This document shows, in pieces, positions 30,758-38,832 of a stretch of DNA of 64,000 bases. The stretch's first letter is position 1. Each line of letters opens with the position of its first letter. The stretch is from Terriglobia bacterium (GTDB lineage: Bacteria > Acidobacteriota > Terriglobia > Bryobacterales > Bryobacteraceae). The notes beneath the pieces were generated by a model. That model did not search any database, was not told where the DNA came from, and saw nothing but the letters and a program-made list of their open reading frames with translations. A program made the translations under genes and the position numbers. The stretch covers positions 1,438,294-1,502,293 of the forward strand of contig CAVYGT010000002.1 in the NCBI GenBank assembly GCA_963768095.1, in the 5' to 3' direction.

Positions 30758-33568
30758 TTAGTGTAATGATTTTAGCTTGTTGTTGATCCGTTTGCGGGCC
30801 GCGCCGCTGGGCCTGAGCGCCAGTGCGGACTGATACGCCGACCGCGCGTCGCCTGGGTTGTGCCGGCTCGTTTCCAAATCCCCGATCCGCTCGAAGACTT
30901 CGGGATCCTGCGCGTCTTCCTTCGACACCTGGCGTAACTGCTCCAGCGCCTGATCATTTGCTCCGGTTTTGACCAGCAGCCCAGCCAGGGCGAGCCGGGC
31001 GCCGGCGTAATCCGGCTTCGCCGTCAGCACCTTCTGGTATTCATCGACGGCTGCCGCATTGTCGCCACGTTCAGCCAGCGTTGCGGCCAAGCTCAAGCGT
31101 GACGGCAGATAGTCCGGCGATTGGCGAAGATTCTCGCGCCACAGCTCGATCGCCTCTGGTTGCCGGTTTTTCTCGCTCGCCAGGAGCAGCGCCAGATTAT
31201 GCCGCGCCGGAAGCAGGCTCGCGTTCTTTTGTAGAGCTTCGCGATAGAGCTGTTCGGCATCGCTACGCTTGCCTTCCGAGGCTTTCAGTGTTCCCAATGC
31301 GTTGTAAGGCTCGGCCGAATTCGGTTCTAGCGAGAGCGCCTTTCGATAGGCGGCCTCCGCGTCGTTGCGCCGGTTCAAACGCTGGTAGACCAGGCCCAGG
31401 TTGTACGGCAAATAGCTGTACTGCGGCGTCAGCCGGATGGCGTCCTGATAGGCGCGAATCGCGGATCTGTAGTCGCCCATCTCGACGTACGCCAAGGCCT
31501 CATTGTGCAGCGGATAGGACCAGTGCTGCGCGCGTCGGATCGCGTCGTGAAAGGCCGGAAGCGCTTTGTCGTATTGCGCCTGCTCCAGGTAGGCGATGCC
31601 GAGGGCATTGAAGCCGTATGCGCCGCCGGGGTCGATGCGCACGGATTGTTCCAGTAATTGCGCCGCTTCCGGAAATTTCTTGTCGAACAGCAAAGCGCGT
31701 CCTTGAAAGAAATCCTGCCGGCCCTCCAGGAATAACGATTCCTGGGTCAGCATCCGCGCGGCGCTCATGTAGAGCGCGCCCTGTTCGAACGCAGCCCGCG
31801 CTTGCGGCGTCTCGTCGCCCTCCAGGTACCGCAGCAGGACTTGTTGCGCTCTGTTCTCGAGCGCTACTTGAAGCTGGTTTTTGCGCTCCTGGTATTGTTC
31901 CGGGCTGATCTGCGCTTGCAGAGCCTGGAGCGCGCTGAAGGCGTTGTCGGGATCGGACGGCAGAAGCCGGCCGGCAGCGATGGCTGAAGTGAATCGATCC
32001 ACGTCATCGGCACCCTGATCGTCAAAGAGCCCGGTGGGCGCACCGCTCGCGGCAACATATCGCGGCTCGCCGCTGCGCGAATCGAAAATCATGCGCCAGT
32101 GCGCTATGTTGATCCCCGGCTTGCGGAGGTCCGAAAGCTGCATGGCATTGTCGTAGGTGCCGAATTCGCGCGGGTGCTGTTTATCGTTCGTCGCCATCTG
32201 CACCTGATCGGTGACGTATTTGATCAGTTCGTTGGCATCCACGTTGCCGTCGTGGTTCTCGTCGGCGGCGCTTTCCAGGCCCTTGATCACGTAATAGCTG
32301 AACACACCGTGGCCGCCGCCGAACTGCGGACCTTCGAGCGAAACCTCCTTGGGACGGCTGGCCAACAGACCGAACAAGTCGCCTTCGACATCTCCGAGCT
32401 GCTGGACGTTCGCGCTCACCATGGTGTTGTGGATGGTGCCGATCGTTCCGGCCTTGCAGACGTCCACGAATAAAAGTACGCGCCCCACTTTGCTGAGCTG
32501 GTCCTCAAAGAGCGACTGAAGCTCGGGCATTGGCAAAGCCGTGCTCTTCAGATCCTGCGGATCGGAGTCGTAGGTCAGGATGTACGCATTCTTGCTGCCA
32601 GGTACTTCCACCGTGCCGTGGCCGGCGATCAGAATCACAACCGTGTCGTTCTTGCCGGCGCGGCGTTTTATAAAGTCCTGGAAGCCGTTGCGGACGGCAG
32701 CGGTGGTGGCTTTTTCGTCGGTCAGCAACAGAACGTTGCCAGGCGGCAGACCGCCGCCGCGCGGGCTTTCCAGAAGTTGGCTGAAAACGCTGGCGTCCGC
32801 ATCGGCGAATTGCAGCGACAACTCCGGCTTCGCATATTTCGAGATTCCCACCAGCAGCGCGTAGGTTTGCCCGCCAGCCGTAGCGGCCGCCGTCGCTGAT
32901 GACACTTGAGCCGCCAGAGCTTCTTCCAAGTCGAAAATCTTGGCTTTGATCCAGACGGCATCGGGCCATTGCTCGCGCAGCTTGTAGTAAGCCTCTAGCG
33001 CGTTGGCGATCAGTTTGTGATTCTCGAAAACCGTCGCCTCACCGATCAACGCTGCCTGATCTTTAGGATTGGCCGCCAGCACGGTATCAAACGGCGCGAG
33101 CTCGGAGATTACGTCGGCCGCCAGCTTATCGCGCGGTGTGGGCGCCACCTCCGGCTTGTTGATGCCGCGCGTCATGCTCACGCCATAATGCTGCTGGCTC
33201 GCTACCGCCACACGCAACGTCTGCGGCAACGTGCAGGCGCGGGCCGGCTGCTCGGAGATCTTGCCCGACCGTACTTTCGGCTGCTTGGCTTCGAAGCGGA
33301 CTTCTCCTGACGCGCTGAGCGTATCGATCGCTTTGGCTGGACAGAACAGGAATGACGCCGCACCGGTCTCCGTCTTTAAACCGTCGCCCGCAAAGAGCAG
33401 ATCGCCGGAGCGCGCCGAGAGCGGAGTTTCGGTATCGGCACGCAGCAGCTTGCTGCCCGCTGCGTTCAGAACCAAACCAACCGGTTGCTCTTGCGTGTCG
33501 GCATCGGCGAACCGGCCGGCTAGAACCAGAAGAGCGACCGCGAAAACTTGAACAACTCGACTACGCAT
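30758..33568 (-). CDS. secreted FecR-like / peptidase C14 (caspase) / EF-hand / TPR-repeat protein
   Basis: Signal peptide MRSRVVQVFAVALLVLAGRFADA and a FecR-like pattern SGDLLFAGDGLKTETGAASFLF. The caspase fold has YALLVGISKY, His in ILIAGHGT and Cys in FVDVCKAGT. An EF-hand loop DENHDGNVDANE follows, then many TPR units in the C-terminal roughly 450 aa. The ATG at 33568 overlaps the upstream cyclase gene by 8 nt. Confidence 0.85.
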   Translation of the reverse strand: MRSRVVQVFAVALLVLAGRFADADTQEQPVGLVLNAAGSKLLRADTETPLSARSGDLLFAGDGLKTETGAASFLFCPAKAIDTLSASGEVRFEAKQPKVRSGKISEQPARACTLPQTLRVAVASQQHYGVSMTRGINKPEVAPTPRDKLAADVISELAPFDTVLAANPKDQAALIGEATVFENHKLIANALEAYYKLREQWPDAVWIKAKIFDLEEALAAQVSSATAAATAGGQTYALLVGISKYAKPELSLQFADADASVFSQLLESPRGGGLPPGNVLLLTDEKATTAAVRNGFQDFIKRRAGKNDTVVILIAGHGTVEVPGSKNAYILTYDSDPQDLKSTALPMPELQSLFEDQLSKVGRVLLFVDVCKAGTIGTIHNTMVSANVQQLGDVEGDLFGLLASRPKEVSLEGPQFGGGHGVFSYYVIKGLESAADENHDGNVDANELIKYVTDQVQMATNDKQHPREFGTYDNAMQLSDLRKPGINIAHWRMIFDSRSGEPRYVAASGAPTGLFDDQGADDVDRFTSAIAAGRLLPSDPDNAFSALQALQAQISPEQYQERKNQLQVALENRAQQVLLRYLEGDETPQARAAFEQGALYMSAARMLTQESLFLEGRQDFFQGRALLFDKKFPEAAQLLEQSVRIDPGGAYGFNALGIAYLEQAQYDKALPAFHDAIRRAQHWSYPLHNEALAYVEMGDYRSAIRAYQDAIRLTPQYSYLPYNLGLVYQRLNRRNDAEAAYRKALSLEPNSAEPYNALGTLKASEGKRSDAEQLYREALQKNASLLPARHNLALLLASEKNRQPEAIELWRENLRQSPDYLPSRLSLAATLAERGDNAAAVDEYQKVLTAKPDYAGARLALAGLLVKTGANDQALEQLRQVSKEDAQDPEVFERIGDLETSRHNPGDARSAYQSALALRPSGAARKRINNKLKSLH

Positions 33569-35423
33569 TAACCGCAGCCTTAGCGACCAGCGACGCGACC
33601 GTATACAAATCGATAGGCAGCGCCTTCCCACGCACCGGAGCGATCCCCAGGTGCACAGTGTCGACGCCGCTCCCGAGCCGGCTCTGAGTCGCGCCCGTCA
33701 TGAGCAGCTTGGTATGGCGCTCCTTGTTCAGGCTCTCGAGACGCGAAGCCAGATTCACGGTATCTCCCAAGACTGTATATTCCATTTTATCGGCCGAGCC
33801 CACGTTCCCGACAACCGCGGGACCCGTGTGGATGCCGGCGCCGGTTTGAAACTGGCTGGACGCAGTGACGATGCGCGTGGCGCAGCGCACCGCCCGCAAA
33901 GCGTGATCGCCCGGCTGAGCCCCCTCATCTTCATCGCAAAAAATGGCTAGAATGCCATCGCCGATGAACTTGTTGGCATGGCCGTGAAACATGACGATGA
34001 TGCCCACCATCATGGTCATGTATTCGTTCAGCAGGCGCACCACTTCTTCCGGTCCTTGCTTGGCGCAAACGTCCTCGCTGAACGCCGTGAATCCGCGAAT
34101 ATCGGTGAACAGCACGGTCACCTCCATGGTCTTGCCGGACAGCGCGATGGTTTGCGTCTCTTCGAGCGAGGTTGCAAGTTGTTTTCCGACGAACAGCGAG
34201 ACGGCGCGCTGGAACAGATTGCGGCCCTTCTCCTCGGTCCCGAACCGGTACAGCACGGAGGCGACCAGGCAAATGGACGTCGCCAGCAGAATCTCGGATG
34301 TCGAGAGAATGAAGCCGCCTTCGAAAAGAAGATGCGTTGCAGCGATGACCCCGACGAATTCGAGCACCATGAAGGCCGCCGCACGGGCCGCACGCATCGA
34401 CGTCGTAATCCATACCGCAAGCACGGTAGCCAGGAGCAGCGTGAGGATGCGTACCCAATTCGCCGCGGGCTGCAGATATCGATGTTCCAGGATGGTGCGA
34501 ATCGTGTTGGCGTGGATCTCAACTCCCGCAGTGGTCCATTTGGGACCGCTGAAGAGCGTATAGAAAGGTGTGGCCTGTCGATCTTCATCGGCGAAATCGA
34601 CACCCATCAGCACGATTTTGCCGTTCACCCAGCTATGGAGCTTGGCCATGTCTCCCGCCTTGGCTGCCGCCTCAACGTCCGCCATCGAATATCGGGGAAA
34701 CGTCCCGGGCGGGCCGGCGTAGTTGATGGCGATGGTCCGATCCGCCGATATGGGGATCCGTTGTCCTGCCAGAATCAGTTGGCCGTTTTGAAACTGCGCG
34801 TCAGACCCCACGTACTTTTCAGACACACGCAGGGCAAACGAGCGCGCCAGCGGTGCGTCGCCGGACTTGCCCGGTTCCTCGATCAGCTCCTGCCTGCGAA
34901 CAAAATCGTCGGCATCGGAAGTGAGATTGGCGAAAGCCCCCAAACCGAGCGCCGCCGCCAGCATGTTTATCGGAATGGCCTGAGAGCTTACGTTGGTGTT
35001 CAACTCGGTAACATAGCTGCATACCACGGGCGCCGGCGAAGTGCTGACAGCCTCGCCCAGCAGGCGATCGTAGTCCGGCTGCCACTGGTCCACCGCAACC
35101 CCGATCGCCAGATCCATGCCAATCACCTTAGCTCCGGCTTCCCCGGCCGCGTGGATAATGTCAGCATAGTGTTTTTGCCAGAAAATTCTCGGTTCCGGAA
35201 AAGTATCTAAGGTCTTCTGGTCGGCAACCAAAAGGACGATGTTAGATATCGTGGGTTGGGGACGCAAGAGGCTGCGCAGGACGAAGTGTGCGTCGTATGC
35301 CTTCAGGTTGAGAATCTGGAAGAAACGCAGGTCTCCTAGCGACCAGGCGGCCAGCGCGCTCCCGCCCGCAAGGATTGCGCAGAGCCCCCAATGCCGCCAC
35401 TTGCGCTTCATGGTAACCTGCAT
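33561..35423 (-). CDS. CHASE2 sensor domain-containing class III adenylate cyclase
   Basis: N-terminal TM helix, a periplasmic CHASE2-like region (NIVLLVADQKTLD..VIGMDLAIG), and a TM bundle. The cyclase core has VTVLFTDIRGFTAFSE, NKFIGDGILAIF, GIHTGPAVVGNVGS and YTVLGDTVNLASRLES. The start is either 35423 or the ATG at 35411. Confidence 0.9.
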   Translation of the reverse strand: MQVTMKRKWRHWGLCAILAGGSALAAWSLGDLRFFQILNLKAYDAHFVLRSLLRPQPTISNIVLLVADQKTLDTFPEPRIFWQKHYADIIHAAGEAGAKVIGMDLAIGVAVDQWQPDYDRLLGEAVSTSPAPVVCSYVTELNTNVSSQAIPINMLAAALGLGAFANLTSDADDFVRRQELIEEPGKSGDAPLARSFALRVSEKYVGSDAQFQNGQLILAGQRIPISADRTIAINYAGPPGTFPRYSMADVEAAAKAGDMAKLHSWVNGKIVLMGVDFADEDRQATPFYTLFSGPKWTTAGVEIHANTIRTILEHRYLQPAANWVRILTLLLATVLAVWITTSMRAARAAAFMVLEFVGVIAATHLLFEGGFILSTSEILLATSICLVASVLYRFGTEEKGRNLFQRAVSLFVGKQLATSLEETQTIALSGKTMEVTVLFTDIRGFTAFSEDVCAKQGPEEVVRLLNEYMTMMVGIIVMFHGHANKFIGDGILAIFCDEDEGAQPGDHALRAVRCATRIVTASSQFQTGAGIHTGPAVVGNVGSADKMEYTVLGDTVNLASRLESLNKERHTKLLMTGATQSRLGSGVDTVHLGIAPVRGKALPIDLYTVASLVAKAAVNA

Positions 35424-35465
35424 CTTACTACGGCGGTGCTGCCAAGGCGCTTTAGAGCCTCAATC

Positions 35466-38400
35466 ATGATTTTTCGCCGGGGAGCGCTTGCCTTTCTCAC
35501 CTTCTACGCAACTGCTGTCTTCGCGCAGACCACGCAAGGCCTGATTTCAGGCCAGTTAGTCAACTCTGTCACCGGACGGCCGATCGCCGGCGCGAACGTC
35601 CTCTATTCGAGTTCGCTGAGCAATCTCGCAGGCGCCTCGCAAAGCGATTCGAGCGGATATTATTACCTGCCCTTGCTCTCTCCAGGCTTCTATCAGATTC
35701 GCGTGAACGCCGAGGGCTTCCAATCGCAAGAGGTTCAGGAAATCGAGCTGACCGTGGCCGCGCGCATCGAGCTGGACTTCCGGCTCCGCCCGCTCAGCGA
35801 CGTCTGGGAATCCGGCCAGTACAACAGCGTTTTCCTTCCCGGCTCCAAGACCATTGTCACGTTCTACGGTCCGGACGTGGATCCCAGCAAGACCGGTTCC
35901 TTTGAGGCACAAAAGGGCCGGCGCGCCCCGCTGGAATCCACGGTCTCCCAGGTGATCGACTCCGGCGAAATCAACAATCTTCCTTTGGAGGGCCGGGATG
36001 TTTACACCATGCTGGTCACGCAGCCCGGTGTTACTTCTGACGCCGCGCTGGGCCGTGGCCTCGGGCTCTCGGTCAACGGGCAGCGGCCCTCGGCGTCGAA
36101 TTTTCTGCTGGACGGGGTCGAGAACAACAACTATCTGATCACTGGGCCGCTGAATACCCTGCCGCCCGAGGCGATTGAGGAGTATCGCATCTCCACCAAC
36201 AACTTTTCGGCCGAGTATGGCCGTACTTCCGGCTTCCTGGCGAACGCGATCACTCGCTCCGGAAGCAACGTGTTTCACGGCGTCGCGTATTTCTATCTGA
36301 TGAACGACGTCTTGAACGCGAATGGCTTTCAGGAAAACGCCCAGGGCGCGCCGCGTTCGCCGGATAAACAAGCCGAACCTGGCTACGTCTTCGGTGGGCC
36401 CATACTCAAAGACCGGCTCTTTTTCCTCAGCACATTCGATTACTTTCATAACGGCAGCCACGACGATCCCGCTACGTTCGTAGTGCCATCCACCAGCTTT
36501 GTATCGCAGTACACCGGGCCGGGGTCCCTTGCCCGCCAATTGCTGACCGAATTTCCTGCCCCGGCCGCAACCAACGGCAACCTACCTGTGGCTCAATTGA
36601 CGCTCGCACCGCCCGTGACCATCAATCGCGACCAGGCCATCGAGCGCTTGGACTACAACACGCCCAGCCAGAAGGACCGCATCATGGGGCGAGTTCTGTT
36701 CAATCAGCTGGGCCGTCCGGATTTCATTTGGTCGCCGTACAAGGATTTCGTTTCGGCTTTGAACGAATACACGGTGGAAGGCGCGATCAGTTACGTTCGG
36801 CTGTTCCGTCCGAATCTGACCAACGAAGCGCGATTCAGCGGGAGCGTCGACAACCTGCACTGGGACCGCCCGCATCCTGAAATCCCGACGCTCGCCGCGG
36901 CCGCAACCTATTTGCCGGGCGACGTCACCTTGCCCGGCAGTCCGGCGTTTTACGCCTACAAAAACGTCAACAAGAGCTGGGAAATGCTGGACAACCTGAT
37001 CTGGTCCCATGGCCAGCATCTTGTAACTTTCGGCGCAGGCCTGCTGTTGCGATCTTCCAGCGGCTATCTGACCGCCGGGCAAGCGGGCGAGTACCTTTTC
37101 CCCAGTATTCTTTCATTCGCTCTTGGCCAGCCGCTCGGTCCGCAACAACCGGTTTACTACGAGGCGCCCATCGATCGCTCGGCGCTCCCGAATCTGCAAC
37201 TGCCGGACTTCAACCGCAGCTACGGCTATGCACAGTACTTCCTGTTCGCGCAAGACACCTACAAGATCACCCGACGGCTTACCGTAAACTACGGGCTCCG
37301 ATATGAATTTTACGGTGGACCGCAAAACACGGGAGCCACTAAGGACGAGTTGGTTCAGCTTGGCTCCGGCGCGACTCTGGCTCAACAGCTTGTAGGTGCA
37401 TCCTTAACCCAACCCGGCGCGGGCGACGAGCAACTCTTCCGCTCGGACAAAGGCGATTTTGCCCTACGCCTGGGCGCGGCTTACGACCTCTTCGGCACCG
37501 GCCGCACACTGCTGCGCGGGGCTTACGGAACCTTCTACGATCGCCCATTTGACAATCTCTGGGAAAATGTCCGGAATAACAACTTCATCCTTCCGGTGCT
37601 CACGCTCCCGGCTGGACCAGTAAACTATCTGGCGCCCGTTGCGGACCAGTTGGCTACATTCCGTGGCCAAAAAATTCCGAGCGCATTTCCGGACCTGACC
37701 CTGGTCGATCCCAACCTCCGCAGCGGCTACGCGCGCAGTTATTTTGCCGGCGTACAGCAGAGCGTCACCGCGAATTTCACACTGGAAGTGAACGCTCTCG
37801 GCTCTTACGGCCGGCAGTTGATTACCACCGACATTATCAATCGCGATTTCTCGACCCTCGCCGGCCGATATAATCCCAACCTTCCCGACATCGCCTACCG
37901 CGCCAACCAGGGCTTCTCGGACTACAACGCGCTGACGGCGGTGGCGCGCTACCGCACCGGGCGGGGAATTGTGCAGGCCTCCTACACCTGGAGCCACAGC
38001 ATCGATAATCAGAGCGATCCGCTGATCGGCGATTTCTTCAATCTGGATTTCACCGCCATTCAGACTGCTTCGCCATCGATCGGGCGCGCTGCATTTTCCG
38101 AACAGTTCAATCCCTATGCCGACCGCGCCAGTTCGGACTTCGATCAGCGCCAAAATCTGGTGATTTTCTCGTACTGGAATCTGCCGTCTCCATTCCCCAA
38201 TTCGAAGTGGGGACTGCTGCTGCACGATTGGACCGCCGGAGAATTGGCCGCGTTCCGCAGCGGGTTCCCATTCACCGTGTTTGGCACGACGAACGTCGTT
38301 CCGGGCGGCGGCCTCATCATCCTGAACCGAGTCAACATCGTCAATCCGAATGAGACGGTGTTGGCCAATCCGATTCCCGTTCCGGGCGGCGAGCAGTTGC

Positions 38401-38744
38401 TGAATCCAGCGGACTTCGCGGAAGCAGCCCCGAGCGTGCTCGGCAACGAAGGGCGCAATGCTTTCACCGGCCCAGGATTCTATAGCCTCGACCTTTCGCT
38501 GGCCCGTGCCTTCCCGTTGCGGTGGCTGGGTGAAGGCGGACGTGTGCGCTTCCGCGCCGATTTCTTCAACGTGCTCAATCACGCCAATCTTGGCAATCCC
38601 GACGCGCTCTTCACTTCTCCGGTATCGTCGACGTTTGGAATCGCAACCTTCGGCCGGCAAGGTTTTCAGTCCGGATTCCCGGCCCTTAGCCCGCTTAACG
38701 AGACCCCACGTCAGATTCAGCTCAGCGTAAGAGTTGAGTTCTAG
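35466..38744 (+). CDS. TonB-dependent receptor with carboxypeptidase-regulatory-like N-domain
   Basis: Signal peptide MIFRRGALAFLTFYATAVFAQ, CarboxypepD_reg-like ISGQLVNSVTGRPIAGANV, a plug region NNLPLEGRDVYTMLVTQPGV, and a C-terminal beta-barrel ending ..QIQLSVRVEF. Confidence 0.9.
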   Translation: MIFRRGALAFLTFYATAVFAQTTQGLISGQLVNSVTGRPIAGANVLYSSSLSNLAGASQSDSSGYYYLPLLSPGFYQIRVNAEGFQSQEVQEIELTVAARIELDFRLRPLSDVWESGQYNSVFLPGSKTIVTFYGPDVDPSKTGSFEAQKGRRAPLESTVSQVIDSGEINNLPLEGRDVYTMLVTQPGVTSDAALGRGLGLSVNGQRPSASNFLLDGVENNNYLITGPLNTLPPEAIEEYRISTNNFSAEYGRTSGFLANAITRSGSNVFHGVAYFYLMNDVLNANGFQENAQGAPRSPDKQAEPGYVFGGPILKDRLFFLSTFDYFHNGSHDDPATFVVPSTSFVSQYTGPGSLARQLLTEFPAPAATNGNLPVAQLTLAPPVTINRDQAIERLDYNTPSQKDRIMGRVLFNQLGRPDFIWSPYKDFVSALNEYTVEGAISYVRLFRPNLTNEARFSGSVDNLHWDRPHPEIPTLAAAATYLPGDVTLPGSPAFYAYKNVNKSWEMLDNLIWSHGQHLVTFGAGLLLRSSSGYLTAGQAGEYLFPSILSFALGQPLGPQQPVYYEAPIDRSALPNLQLPDFNRSYGYAQYFLFAQDTYKITRRLTVNYGLRYEFYGGPQNTGATKDELVQLGSGATLAQQLVGASLTQPGAGDEQLFRSDKGDFALRLGAAYDLFGTGRTLLRGAYGTFYDRPFDNLWENVRNNNFILPVLTLPAGPVNYLAPVADQLATFRGQKIPSAFPDLTLVDPNLRSGYARSYFAGVQQSVTANFTLEVNALGSYGRQLITTDIINRDFSTLAGRYNPNLPDIAYRANQGFSDYNALTAVARYRTGRGIVQASYTWSHSIDNQSDPLIGDFFNLDFTAIQTASPSIGRAAFSEQFNPYADRASSDFDQRQNLVIFSYWNLPSPFPNSKWGLLLHDWTAGELAAFRSGFPFTVFGTTNVVPGGGLIILNRVNIVNPNETVLANPIPVPGGEQLLNPADFAEAAPSVLGNEGRNAFTGPGFYSLDLSLARAFPLRWLGEGGRVRFRADFFNVLNHANLGNPDALFTSPVSSTFGIATFGRQGFQSGFPALSPLNETPRQIQLSVRVEF

Positions 38745-38756
38745 GCCGAACCGCTG

Positions 38757-38805
38757 GCGTTCGCATGAGCGCGAACGCGGCACGCACGAGTGCGTGCGCC
38801 ACAGG
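38757..38805 (+). repeat. 49-nt double-hairpin intergenic element, copy 1
   Basis: Sequence GCGTTCGCATGAGCGCGAACGC GGCACGCACGAGTGCGTGCGCCACAGG. It is 45/49 identical to the reverse complement of 58366..58414. It lies between the receptor stop (38744) and the PQQ dehydrogenase start (38833). Confidence 0.8.
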
Positions 38806-38832
38806 CTATCATTGAAACACACGGAGACCTGC

